From a virus (taxonomy: Duplodnaviria; Heunggongvirae; Uroviricota; Caudoviricetes): DNA of 64,000 nucleotides. The translations under genes and the position numbers were made by a program. Positions 20,601 through 30,800 of this stretch are shown in pieces; within the stretch, counting starts at the first letter, position 1; the number at the start of each line of letters is the position of its first letter. The notes under the pieces are model-generated. The model was not told where the DNA came from. It made no database searches and saw nothing but the letters and a program-made list of their open reading frames with translations. The stretch spans positions 88,485 to 152,484 of IMG/VR virus record IMGVR_UViG_3300028886_000031; one strand, written 5' to 3'.

Positions 20601-23600
20601 TGTAGAAATTGCCTCTATCGCATCTCTTCCTTCCTGATCATGTGGACCAAATGCGTTATAAGAACCTTCTGCATTAAGTTTTGCAGCAGTTGCTTCTGTG
20701 ATTTTAGCAAGCATGTTTCCAGGTCTATATGTTGCTGGAAGATAAAAATGACTGCCTTTACCGAGAAGATTTGTAAATCTATATTCTGGTCCAGCCTCTC
20801 CCCAAATAGCATTATCTTCTGGTTCATATCTAGCTTGCTTAGAGAATTCTGTTGTAACACCTCCAGCAGCATTTTGAGATGGAGTAGGATTTGAAGGAGA
20901 TACCTCAGAATTTTTTTCTGAACTTTGTTCTTCCTCCATATTAATGGAGTTTGGTTTTGTTGCTGCTATCTTATATATAGCTGGTAATAATGATGCTATC
21001 TGTTCTTTAGTTGCTCCAGACTCTTCTAATGCTCTCACCTGTTCTTCTACAGATCTCATAAAGATATTTCTATCATATACCATTGCTTCTTTAGAAAGGG
21101 TATATGTTTTTATATCTCTTAAAGTTTCATTAATACTTATAAGCTGTTCGTTGTTGGATTCTACAGCTATAGTATTATTAGCTAAAGCTTGCGTGTTTTC
21201 TGTTGAGGATTTAGCTGCATATTCTTCTAACTCTTTTTTAGCTGACTCTACATCTTCTTCTGTTGTCTGTTGTTTTGGAAATTTTGCAGCTTTATCTAAT
21301 AAAAGTTTTTCTATGTCGGAAGTTAGTTTTTCTGGTGTTAATTCAGCGTTTTCAAATTTTTGAAGTGCCTTTATTCTTACAGTTTCTAATGCTTTAGATC
21401 TATTTTCTAATGGCATATTTAATGCTTCGATTAAATCATCTGATAGTTCATCATTGTCTAATACAGACTGAAATAAAATTCCACCAACAGAATCCATATG
21501 CTCTGGATTTTGTAGATTAATTCCAAATGTCTCTTCTATATCTCTAGCAGATTGTATTATGTTGCTCAAATATCCGCCTCTAGTTTCGAGATCTAAACTT
21601 TCAAAACGTCCCTGTCCTTTTGCTTGTGGGTTAAAATGTCCTTCTAAAACATTATCTGTACCAAGTAATCTAAAAGTTGCTTTCTCTTTAAGCTTATATA
21701 GAGCACTATTTTTATCATTTCCATTTTGTTGAAGTGCTAGTAAATATTTGCTAACTCTTTGTCTAGATGCTGTATTATTATCTGGAATTATAAAAGACTT
21801 AGATGCTTTAACATAATCGGAGTTAGCAATTTGACCACTAGAAATAATATATTCCATATAGCGTCTAATAAGCATTGTTTGCGCGTATGCTATAACATAT
21901 AATGGCATAGGCTGTTTAGTTCTGATAGTATCAGCTTCTTCTTTATTAAATTTCTGACGCCAGCCATTTTTACCTAATGTTCGTAAATAATTCAAATAAT
22001 TTTCTTCAAAATATTCATATAATACTCCATAGGTAGCAGTATATGTATCTATACAGTTTATATCATTATTTGTCCATATAGAACGCAGGCGTATAGTATA
22101 CTGAGGACTCACTGCCTCCATTTGATTTACTAGAGTACTACCAGTATAATCATTAATACAATTAGCTTTAAATGTTTTAAATATAGCATTTTTGAATTGT
22201 GGATTTACTATATAATTCTCGCCAAATTTTGGCCAGCGCTTACCCTGCAGAATATTATGTTCATCACATATTTTTTTAACAAGTTTATTAACTTTGTCGA
22301 ATTGTGGACCTTGTGCATCTCTTATATGATACATAAAATAATTAAAATTCGGAACCCAGTTATCTGGATTAAGAGAATTATTAAAAGATAATATTTCTGG
22401 GTATTCTTCTTTTATTTTTTTAGTAAATTCTTTATCCGAAAGTGCATCACTGATATACGCATTATGTATAGAGATATTCTCTGCTGACCTTATAAGATTT
22501 TCTTTTCTAAAGAATTTAGTATATTCCGTATTGATAGTTTGAATATTTAATTCCTTAAATCCTGCTGCTGTGTTAGATTCTATCTTACTTAGGAATTTGT
22601 CACTAGATATAGCTATTCTGGCAACATTATAATGTGTATCTGTATTAGATGGAAGTGTTAATTCCTCTAGATTAGAGATATTTGGATTATCTTCATCATA
22701 TGAAGTCAGACTTGCGTATTGTGTGAGTTTTCTTTGTTTGAGATATTCCTGTTGTTTTTTATTAAAAGATTTATATCTAGCAATTCTATTTCTATTTATT
22801 AACTCTCTTCTAGAGATAAAATAATCTTTCTGTTCTGTTGGGATATCACTATGGCTTAAAAAATCCATATCATTATTATAGCTTGGATCGAATATTTCTG
22901 TTATCTCTTTATCTTCGTCTGTTCTTTCATCTATGTTTATTTGTGTACTTTTATTTTCTCTATTTAAAACCCAATTTTTATAAAATTGGGCAAACATATT
23001 CTGTACTTCTTTTGAATCCCATTTTAGGGAAACGGCATTTGTTTTTTTCTCATAATCTTTTTTAGAAATTTTTGGATCATTTCCACCATTTATTTTGATA
23101 AGTAATGTTAATTGCTTTATTTTTGCTATAAGTTCTTTATATTCATCTAAAAATTCTTTATCTGATCTCCAAGAATAACTGGATATTTTATTAATAATTC
23201 CAACTTCTGATAAATATGCTTTATAAACATTTGATAATTCTTTAATACATTCTAATTGTTCATTTTGTTTGTCTTTATATTTAATTAAGACTTTATCAAA
23301 TTCTTTTACATGCTTTATATTTTCACGTGTCCAGAAATTAACATCTAGAAACATTTTTCTTACGTTTTCACAATCGTTCTGTGCTTCTATTTTATCTTTA
23401 ATTTTAAAGCAGGTTACAATGGAATCTATAATAAATTGTGCGGCAGTTAATGCCGCAGTAATCAGTAAACTCGTACCAGCAGTTAGTGGTGCAGCATATA
23501 ATGCTACTAATCCAGCGAGACTAATAAATGCTTGAGCTGATTTAGTTAAGCCATATCCGATATTCCCTTGTTTAAATTCATTATATGCTTGAACACCATA

Positions 23601-26600
23601 CATTCCTCCTTCAAGTAGGCCTCCAGCGATTCCTAATATTTTTCCAGTTTTACCAACTCCTCTTACAACTTCCCCTTGTGCTGCAGTTCTAAAAGCAGTT
23701 GCTTCTAAATTAGTAGCTGCTGTTGGAACAGAACCCGGCCTCATTCTCATTAATGACCCTTCTGCAGTTAATGCAAGATTCCTATACATTAGAGGATGTC
23801 TATTTTTTAATATATCAAATATTTTTTGTAAATTTTTAATATTTGTGAAAGTCGTTCCGGAGGACCCAAGTTTTGCAAAATCCATATATTTTTTAGCTAC
23901 AGAATATCCTCTTGCTGTATCTAAAAACATATTTGTAGCACCTTCGTATACATCATCTGCTGGAAGTTGTAAGGATACTTTATGTTCTCCAAGAATTGGA
24001 TCATTTACAACATAATCCATATTCTGTTCTAGATATTGCTGTAGTGGTCCAGCTCCTAAGAATTGGGATAATGAAATTAATGCTCCAGCTTTTGGATTCG
24101 CCATGAAATTATATAATAAATTAGCACCTTGAGCAGACTTATGATAATCTCCTTTATTAGCATTTTGCCATATTTTATAAGATTCTATTAAAGGTGCTAC
24201 CCATCCAGCTTTTCCACTTTTTAAAACTCTTGGTAGAAATGCTGTTTCTAGTGTTTTTAATGGGTCATTTATCATGTTTTTCAAAACACTGCCTTCAAAT
24301 GTATTTGGATTTTTCAAATTTGGCATTGCGTTGTCATTACTTGTCATTTTCTTAAATAATGCCCAAATTGCAGCTCCACCAGCAGCACTTAACAATGGAT
24401 GATTCATCATAAATCCACCGATACCTTTTAGTGTATCACCAATGGAACTCATTAATCCGCTGAAAAGCCCTCCTTCTTCCGACCCCTTTCCACCTGATCT
24501 GATTGATAAACTATCTGTATTGCTCACAACATTTTCTAGTAAGCTAATAACTTTTTCTTCGTGTTCTAGATGTTGTTGCTCTACAGTTACCTGTCCACTA
24601 CTATCACCATTTAGAACATCTTCAACATCTCCACCACCTTCTTTAACATCAGCAGCAGCTTCACTAGGTGATGTCACAACTCCGCCAGCTACACCTTTTC
24701 CTTCCAATATATCTTTAATATTTTGTAACGCAGCAAGTTGGTCTTTAAATACATTAAAGTTTTGTTGTGGGACTCCTTTGATTTTTGATCTTAAAGCACT
24801 TAAAATTAACTGGTTTGGTTGTACTATTGTAACTGGAATAATTGAATCACCAACTTTTTTGACTGTATTTTCTTTTCCAACTTCTAATCTTTTTTGTGCT
24901 TCATCATGTGCTTTTACTAACTTAATTCCAGCTTGATGTTTCTTTTGTGGATCCTTTTCTGTTTCCCATTGTTTCTTGAGTTCCTCTAGTTCTTTATAAT
25001 ATGCATCATCATCTTTCTGAGCACTATTTGAAAGAAAATCTTTGAGATCAAATGTTTTTCCTTTTTCGAGAGTTTGATGTCCAGGTTTATACCATTTTCC
25101 AAAAAGACTATGACCAGTTCCAAGAAAACCTCCACCAAGTCCAGTAATCTCCGTAATGTGATCCATTAGACCACTTATACCATACTCATCTTCTGCAGCT
25201 TTAATACTCTGTCTAAGGTTTTTTGTAGCTTCTTTTAGAAATTTTTTTCTGTCTTTATCTGATAAATCTGGATGTGTATTAATTGTATTTAAATCTCTTA
25301 GGGATCTAGCAATGTCTGGATCTTTTAACACCTGATCATATTTGACATTATCTTCCCCTTTGAATTTCATTATCTTTTTTCTCTGTATCTTACCATAACC
25401 GGCATAGTCTACATCCGAGCCAAAGACAGCATCACGAAATTCGTTAACTCTATGATCATTATTTAAATGTTTATTTTCTCTCCTGTTTCCGGTAAGTGTA
25501 TTATACCACTTAGCGGACATTTGATCTTTCCAATCTTCATCATTAAAACCGAGGAAGAAAGAACCGAGATTTAATCCAGCTTTTCCAAGTTTTCCAAGAA
25601 TTGGAATTTTTGCAAAGGATGAATCATCATAAGATTGTTTTAGTTTTCCAGCTGCTCTTTTTAGAACAGTTGTTGCCACACCTTCGTGACCAACATATTT
25701 TTGAGGTGCTCCACCGACAGCTTTAATAATTTCATTTAATTGACGTCTAGAAAGATCAATTCCAATACGTTCCCATTCATAAATTTTAATTAAGGCATCT
25801 GTGATAGTCTCCATTGGATTTGGAGATCTTTTAATATCTTTAGCATATCTTCCAGAAAATAATAAATTGATACCAGTAAGATCTTTACCAAGATCCCATA
25901 GTGTGTGTAGTATACCACCGCCTTTTGGAGCATTTGGATCTGTGAAATTCTGAGCAAACTCTTTTTGTGTTTTAATGAGTTCGCACAATAGTGCCGCTAC
26001 ATCAGCTGGATTATTCTGTCCAGTAGCAACTCTGCCCTGAATACTGCTCAAGGATCCAGGACTTCTACCGACACTCATTCCACCACTACCACCAGACCCA
26101 TTATTTTGTTTTGGAGAACTTGCTAGAATTGTTCTTAATTCAGATACAGTTACTGGTCTATCACCCCTAGAAGCACCTTGTCCGTTCCTTCTATTTCCTT
26201 TCCCAGATAAACTATCTTCTAAACTATTAATACTTGTGATAATTTTACTTGTATTAGCGTTATCGTTTTGAATTTGCTTAGCTGTTCCAGAATTTATGGC
26301 TTGTAATTCTTGACCTTGAAGTTGGACTCCATTCTGTTCAATTTTCTCTAATCTATCTAGGTTAAGTCCTTTAGATCCATGACCATGAAAACTATTCATG
26401 ACACTAGAAATAGATTTTTTTATCATGCCACTGAAGCTTATTCCAGCATTGTTCATTGCTTGCTGAATAGCAGCACCTATTGGTCCAACTGCTGCGTTAG
26501 CAACCATCTTTTTCATTTCATTGGTATCTGGACCGAAATCTTGTTTGTTAGCTTGATAAATTCTATTGGCACCTCTTCCAACTGAAGCAATTCCAGATTT

Positions 26601-26741
26601 AACTATGGATCCAACGCCGCCAATTCCATCGCTAATTCTACTTAGAATTGATTTTTGTGATTTTATTTCATTGCTTACATTATTTAATCCACTAGCAATT
26701 TTATCAAAATCTGCTTGATCTGAATTGTTAAAACTATTCAT
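14679..26741 (-). CDS. Very large tape-measure-like protein (4020 aa)
   Basis: Gly/Ala-rich helical N-third, hydrophobic segment near aa 1040-1115, AAGG..WGEAGPE and repeated (F/Y)AxGG motifs; context in tail cluster. Confidence 0.75.
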   Translation of the reverse strand: MNSFNNSDQADFDKIASGLNNVSNEIKSQKSILSRISDGIGGVGSIVKSGIASVGRGANRIYQANKQDFGPDTNEMKKMVANAAVGPIGAAIQQAMNNAGISFSGMIKKSISSVMNSFHGHGSKGLNLDRLEKIEQNGVQLQGQELQAINSGTAKQIQNDNANTSKIITSINSLEDSLSGKGNRRNGQGASRGDRPVTVSELRTILASSPKQNNGSGGSGGMSVGRSPGSLSSIQGRVATGQNNPADVAALLCELIKTQKEFAQNFTDPNAPKGGGILHTLWDLGKDLTGINLLFSGRYAKDIKRSPNPMETITDALIKIYEWERIGIDLSRRQLNEIIKAVGGAPQKYVGHEGVATTVLKRAAGKLKQSYDDSSFAKIPILGKLGKAGLNLGSFFLGFNDEDWKDQMSAKWYNTLTGNRRENKHLNNDHRVNEFRDAVFGSDVDYAGYGKIQRKKIMKFKGEDNVKYDQVLKDPDIARSLRDLNTINTHPDLSDKDRKKFLKEATKNLRQSIKAAEDEYGISGLMDHITEITGLGGGFLGTGHSLFGKWYKPGHQTLEKGKTFDLKDFLSNSAQKDDDAYYKELEELKKQWETEKDPQKKHQAGIKLVKAHDEAQKRLEVGKENTVKKVGDSIIPVTIVQPNQLILSALRSKIKGVPQQNFNVFKDQLAALQNIKDILEGKGVAGGVVTSPSEAAADVKEGGGDVEDVLNGDSSGQVTVEQQHLEHEEKVISLLENVVSNTDSLSIRSGGKGSEEGGLFSGLMSSIGDTLKGIGGFMMNHPLLSAAGGAAIWALFKKMTSNDNAMPNLKNPNTFEGSVLKNMINDPLKTLETAFLPRVLKSGKAGWVAPLIESYKIWQNANKGDYHKSAQGANLLYNFMANPKAGALISLSQFLGAGPLQQYLEQNMDYVVNDPILGEHKVSLQLPADDVYEGATNMFLDTARGYSVAKKYMDFAKLGSSGTTFTNIKNLQKIFDILKNRHPLMYRNLALTAEGSLMRMRPGSVPTAATNLEATAFRTAAQGEVVRGVGKTGKILGIAGGLLEGGMYGVQAYNEFKQGNIGYGLTKSAQAFISLAGLVALYAAPLTAGTSLLITAALTAAQFIIDSIVTCFKIKDKIEAQNDCENVRKMFLDVNFWTRENIKHVKEFDKVLIKYKDKQNEQLECIKELSNVYKAYLSEVGIINKISSYSWRSDKEFLDEYKELIAKIKQLTLLIKINGGNDPKISKKDYEKKTNAVSLKWDSKEVQNMFAQFYKNWVLNRENKSTQINIDERTDEDKEITEIFDPSYNNDMDFLSHSDIPTEQKDYFISRRELINRNRIARYKSFNKKQQEYLKQRKLTQYASLTSYDEDNPNISNLEELTLPSNTDTHYNVARIAISSDKFLSKIESNTAAGFKELNIQTINTEYTKFFRKENLIRSAENISIHNAYISDALSDKEFTKKIKEEYPEILSFNNSLNPDNWVPNFNYFMYHIRDAQGPQFDKVNKLVKKICDEHNILQGKRWPKFGENYIVNPQFKNAIFKTFKANCINDYTGSTLVNQMEAVSPQYTIRLRSIWTNNDINCIDTYTATYGVLYEYFEENYLNYLRTLGKNGWRQKFNKEEADTIRTKQPMPLYVIAYAQTMLIRRYMEYIISSGQIANSDYVKASKSFIIPDNNTASRQRVSKYLLALQQNGNDKNSALYKLKEKATFRLLGTDNVLEGHFNPQAKGQGRFESLDLETRGGYLSNIIQSARDIEETFGINLQNPEHMDSVGGILFQSVLDNDELSDDLIEALNMPLENRSKALETVRIKALQKFENAELTPEKLTSDIEKLLLDKAAKFPKQQTTEEDVESAKKELEEYAAKSSTENTQALANNTIAVESNNEQLISINETLRDIKTYTLSKEAMVYDRNIFMRSVEEQVRALEESGATKEQIASLLPAIYKIAATKPNSINMEEEQSSEKNSEVSPSNPTPSQNAAGGVTTEFSKQARYEPEDNAIWGEAGPEYRFTNLLGKGSHFYLPATYRPGNMLAKITEATAAKLNAEGSYNAFGPHDQEGRDAIEAISTEVAKNFKHVGFKPSELEMFKTGGGTTPRDGSENSSPEQTTANATNVIAKEEVKGNKYLKEMSDKLDKLVDTLQDLPLKQWGQKGLDAAKDLGVKAKDAISGLLEPDFEWTDFHSRAGKYITSKVEDKELENELTQEIERLKEEENSLRASAENGDPNGSPERLKQIQKELEYLEGKKDKDGNIVKGTGILGARKKYLSDKPISGDSRELFSSLNANVLSRYGRDKNDNRTVVSTVIDLMNPEQRLALNRARTKKANGGQLTKEELKTIEELSKLEYTFNGDEAQYVHSLFEDENFDLRKFSQDYRDGKIKRPKFDEKVSEFLQSNTTKEPLISALNEDKQLQEEASIYYGSEAEEPDREAPSVYEQKKAELEKREKEGPKNRIEAGEIEQLRSEVEDMGRPTPEFPFSENESDTPKPPSVDAGKKTAFSRKDRTEISLIKKNVIYPALEKNVDKFITEDHITRNKVGSAEYEEYVKQLLDANGIMDEDAREHIEAQAQDIWSTVLIKKRREVEKKLGLSENAELPKKLPKSAGVTQTAASIKPKVEAKLIKPELIGIKPPEVKLSSVPNIPEPVADPFADKENGVHKSIHKLEDRFRKYAEDNQYKLKSHLSDQDIQKSEFIKDGLEKNSKYFEEHPEEKALYDKYTDIQRLEELAKKEKLSPEETKELESLKTKYKIPLENLSYTAGLNGLQSTDEKTSLLLDRFQGNVWSHDKNEVGLGFKYKSDLKDIFTQFAQTNKGKQLSAFRDQYLQYAQGRYDEDYKLDRIKELKEKYKGLKTNFSLKDIFFTDYKMSGPGIYRNPERFLEDRRRDLNQLEFKEIMEGDGGQKSTAYVGGRYGKESKEYQEALKREQEIKAKYANMWKELEEFYTLQDAYDRHLPSANDFNYTQDSVYFEPTNGMNMRHYGEDFLKLHPEFASQVKYEKGSLFHKATVSMDEPYVSTAELKARLNQMGGTKTPPTDNKSSSQAVGEAAGMAKAVAESPIVKEKTAANKPIAPLSELASNASDELRSEAEARDIDGNPMDEKRYEQEKGIADAMANQVGVIEAAGGLLVNSPEKKKDKNTKKFAKGGLTEGLPDPNKPTFINYDVTTISEEHTRNGKLVSSSSNSIDNSKTNITQNSLTKNSPRSTQTKKSNDWILNQTHNGLTEKDIEKLSDSELEQKYYYCLYNVGGRKNAGITSNRLMAKLDEEYRIRQWKKSQDPATAFLHPVAPGYVLNTSSTEIVPHNWSSYNYPEYVRKAVQEKYGGDLPTRDFLNEVLRDRRYSIAEENGLNADDMRDNDRILYLMSKEFNEDVLRNIISRDFNHDDSVGGDTGKFSIENDIAKMFMKKQLYDLAIKMGRKDPYEFINNITTGTGKASFHENYLEILKAAGSPQIYDLKFDGDSYKAVMKEFKPRTYFANGGSTSTNSTSNAINTISSLVADNLNNVAQFAEGGLSNNIYDFISSSSNSSSISSITDNLYKNPEISKFEIERYAEGGYTDVSTKVTKFKGNTATKIRELSKLAKESASEAFKEYQSSQNYFEAKENATKKFLDDNRELLLQFPEYNRGTISDILIRKLNSNFEMLVLDSLGYKGGPNRLMFTEKGTAYLAGGNNDRSALEKEREIYEKEMAKMTGSSSSSTSVSNTANNVKNEVTNNNSTSNITSINAESKTAPNSDVAVSEFRSNIQASTSSESNSSNSSSSSLSSSAKSVAQISQSDEQEYFKYLQENVKSIASKYSAKKTGTRSLYSIRDYQKLLDEKLKKDHPDWTPKMITNSRNQILSKYAQDIYNQHMQIINSSNNVSGANNDMGSKVSQAISTTSSSFGSLFSNMLNSGSNIINKTGSSISNGITGIVNSTNNARNSIMNGIQSTFNTAGNAISNVGASVSNGIQKGVAIINGEIVPNYNVNPRIMALNTESMSTVSQSRTTEGTSEQIEKQLQKSIQAINSSNINIVKNITSGGSQHGGTVINNYDVDQTYRMIESVGIVK

Positions 26742-26743
26742 AT

Positions 26744-27730
26744 TTATAAAGATCCTAAGAATTTATAATATTTACTATGTTTATAGTAATATTGACTTGA
26801 TACACTAACGATCTCACTTGGAAAAATAAGTTCTTGATATATTAAAGTATTATCTTTCCATGGGTCCTTAGAGAAAACTCTAACGTATGCTTCTCTAAAG
26901 CAATTAATTATAGTGGCGTTATCAGGACTTCTCCAAGTTCCAGCTATTCTGCCACTAAATATATCTTTAGCTAATACTGCAATTTTAGTTGCAATTTTTG
27001 CAGATAAATCACTTTCGCAACCACATTGTTCTAAAAGCATTCCAAACTTTTCACCGATTGCTTTACAATCTGTGGCTGATGTAGCACAACCAGCACATGA
27101 ATATAGATATTCGTGGTTATATATTAAATATTGAACAAGATATTTAATTCCATTATCTGGTTCTAGGAGATTTTTGACAATTGTTTTATCTTTTCCAGTT
27201 AATGAGTTCCATGCTGATCTAAAACCTCCCGTGTAAGCCTTATACAAACATGCGCAAAAATATCCATAAAAAGAATATAATTCATTTTCCCAAAGTTTTA
27301 TAAACTCACTTGTGAAATTAAAACAATACATGTGTTGAAGTTCATGTACAGTTGTAAACATGATAGGAAGACTTCCGGCACCCATTAACCTCTGAACATT
27401 ATCCATTAATATATAAAGTCTGTTCTGTTTAGATGTATAGAATCCAAGAACATTTTCATATTCTTTGGCATTCATACAAGCATCACCTTTGAGGTTTTTA
27501 TTAAGCATCCTTATAAAGTCCTCTGTACATTCTACTGGAACAATTCTCTCTTTGTTTATTAGCTTAATAATTTCATTAACAATGGAACTACTTAGATGTT
27601 TAGACAGCATATCTATGTATTTCTTTTTAACATCTAGATTTGTCACCATTTTTGGTGAAACAGGAATCATTCTCTTAAAGGTAAAAGATAAACCTTTAGA
27701 AACACCATCAGTTGTAGAAATAATTTTCAT
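26744..27730 (-). CDS. Putative zinc metallopeptidase-like protein
   Basis: LGFY strand followed by TTVHELQH (HExxH) and a distal E (QELIFPSE). Confidence 0.5.
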   Translation of the reverse strand: MKIISTTDGVSKGLSFTFKRMIPVSPKMVTNLDVKKKYIDMLSKHLSSSIVNEIIKLINKERIVPVECTEDFIRMLNKNLKGDACMNAKEYENVLGFYTSKQNRLYILMDNVQRLMGAGSLPIMFTTVHELQHMYCFNFTSEFIKLWENELYSFYGYFCACLYKAYTGGFRSAWNSLTGKDKTIVKNLLEPDNGIKYLVQYLIYNHEYLYSCAGCATSATDCKAIGEKFGMLLEQCGCESDLSAKIATKIAVLAKDIFSGRIAGTWRSPDNATIINCFREAYVRVFSKDPWKDNTLIYQELIFPSEIVSVSSQYYYKHSKYYKFLGSL

Positions 27731-27807
27731 TGTCTAATAAAACCACAAATAAATGTTTAAATTTATTCGTGAATATTATCAGTATAAAACTAATGGTTCT
27801 TTAACAT

Positions 27808-30800
27808 CTATAGATCTTCACTTTCATTCCAGCTCTCTGGAATAGATTCAATTTCATATTCACTTTCCGGATAACTTTCATTCCAAGATTCAGGAATAGA
27901 TTCCTTCCAACTTTCATTCCAACTCTCGTATTCACTTTCCGGATAACTTTCAGATTCATTCCAGCTCTCCGATTCTGTGTCGTCATCGTATATTTCAATA
28001 TAGCGTGTTTCAAGAAGATTCCAGTCCATATACACTAAATTATTAGTACCTTTTATTCTTGTTATCGAATTGCCATATTTATCAATAAAATTAATTATTA
28101 TACTAGAACTTGAAACGAAATTCAAATTACTGTAATATATTTTATCGGAATTTATATATAAGTTATCATATGGATATAAAGGATAGTCCTTTGCATATGT
28201 TTTTATGGACATTGTAACATACTGCTGTGAATAATTACTTACATATATCTTTTCGTACTCAGATTCACTCTCGACATCGGGATAACTCTCAGATTCACTC
28301 CAGCTCTCCATAGATTCGGATTCATTCCAACTTTCCGGATAACTTTCGGATTCATTCCAGCTCTCTGGAATAGATTCAATTTCATATTCACTTTCCGGAT
28401 AACTTTCATTCCAAGATTCCGGAATAGATTCTTTCCCGCTTTCGTATCCACTTTCCGGATAACTTTCAGATTCACTCCAGCTTTCATATCCACTTTCCGG
28501 ATAACTTTCGGATTCACTCCAGCTTTCATTCCAACTTTCTGGATAACTTTCACTTTCACTTTCTATATAATTTGGTCCAAATCTAAATGCTGGTCTAGAA
28601 TAATAACAATAGGTAGGAGACGGAGTTTCCATTAAATTTCCGCCATTACTTAATAATATAACTTGAGATGAATTTTGTACATTACTTAATGTTCTGGTAA
28701 AACATGTTCTATCCGTAAAACAATCTGGATACTCTATTCCAGTCCACATTTTGTTATAAAAGATAACAGAATCACCAAAATACTTTTTGGTTCTATTAAC
28801 ATTACCTATTCCAGTATAAGTATATTTTAAACCAAATAATTCAGATACAGATGGTATAAATATCTTATCATCTATTATATTTCCATCGTAATGACTATTT
28901 CTATCATTTCTCTGATATAAGGTACAATTGACTAAATATCTATTATTTATTAAGTATCTAAATTCTTTAAAATAACTTCCATCTTCTTGTAAAGTTTCAA
29001 ATATTCCATAATATTGCACACTCGAATTATAAGTACGAGCTGTATTATATACATTACCATTCCAGTTGTTTCCGTCGGCATATCCTTTTGTATAATAAGT
29101 TCCATTATAAAATTCTGTTTCTGTAATTGTTACTGGAGTTATATAACCTTCTATGTAAAGAGGTTCTCCTGAATTATATTGGTAATTGTTCAACTTTGTA
29201 AATGAGTCAGAAGATGAATTATAAGAATATAAATCACAGTTTTTATTATTATGATATTTTAGTTCATTACTAGCAAGAATTCCGCCGATTGTTCCATTAT
29301 CGGAAAATTTTAATCCAGATATAGTTGTGAATATTTTGCTGTCTTTTTCCAAAAAATCTAATCGTAAATGTGAATATTTATATCCATTGTGTTTTAGAAT
29401 TTCCTGTTGTGAGCCATTACTTAATATAATATATTGAGATTTCATAAAGGTTAATAGAGGAGATTTTTTATCATCACACGCCCAGAACTGAACACTCTCT
29501 GTTCCATTTCCGTTATCAAAGAACTCTGTTATAAAAAATTTTTCATTGTAATATAAACTATTTGGATCTTCAGTAAATGTCCAAACATCTCTTAAACTGA
29601 ACATTTTGCTAGAAATACCATAACAACAGGAGTCGTATATATCTTTAGCAGAGGTGCTACTTAAATTACGACCTTTAACACGAACAACTCCTTTATCAGT
29701 AATTTGTACAATTTTTGACCATGTTATTACATTGTTGGTTGCTGTTATTGTATAAGTACCTAGACTTGGAAGTTGAAATTCCAAATCACATTGTAATTCA
29801 GATGTAGTATCTGTTAATATTATCTGATTATTGTAAGTTACACTTACTTGGTATCCAGGCAATTCAGCAACTCTAATAATATAAGGATTTGAAGCTTCTA
29901 ATGTACCAGTTACGCCTAAAATTGTAACATCTTTTTTAATATTTTCTGGTTGAATATTTGAATCTACAGAAGACGTAACTGGATTAACAATAACTCTGTG
30001 TAAGAAAGATTGATTTACACCGTTACAATAACAGCATGTTTGACCTAATATATTATTTTCCGCATTTGAAATACTGTTTCCTGGACGATATGTTCTAATT
30101 TTACCATCACTTGTTACCATGACATTAACATACATTCCATTATAGTTATCCCACATTGTAAACATATGAGGAAAACTGCCTGAAGTTCCACTTACTTTGG
30201 TCCAAGTTAATCCATCATTAGTGGATTTATAAATTCCATTTCCATTGCCAGATCCAGCGAAAATCCAGCCATATCCAGAACAAAATGATGTAAACTCACC
30301 TGTTATTTGAGATGTTTGTTCCCATGTTATACCGTAGTCTGTAGATCTATATATTCCATTGCTTCCAATTCCAGCGACTGCTATTCCATTTTCTGCACTA
30401 TGTATAGCTTTTACGACACCGGAAGTTATATTACTTTGATTAATACTAGATCCATTTGATTTTGCATAATATATTCCAGATCCATTTGTTCCGATTAAAA
30501 AATTCACATTAGAATCACCGCTATTTTGTTTCTCTATTGGTATTAGAGATGTTGCCAAGACAGATGATACTTTAGTAAAATTGTTATTATAACTATAATA
30601 AATTCCGTCAGAACGAGCTGCTAAGAGGTATGTGTACATAGTAGAAGTAATTATAGATAATGCTATAATAGAACATTGTAGATCATTATATAGATTCCAT
30701 GTAATACCATTATCATTCGAATAATAAATTCCATTATTACTTGCAGCAAATATCTTATCACCTTGTTTTGTTATAGAATGAAAATTAATATCTGTTGTAA

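Noticed and set aside
15055-26585. Many + strand ORFs inside the tape measure gene
   Set aside because: Antisense shadows rich in Ser/Phe/Leu, without RBS or motifs
27801-28559. Alternative-frame ORFs 27801-28013 and 28239-28559
   Set aside because: Shadow frames kept open by the repeat periodicity
27808-28563. CRISPR array
   Set aside because: Repeats are degenerate in-frame 12-nt coding units with no unique spacers
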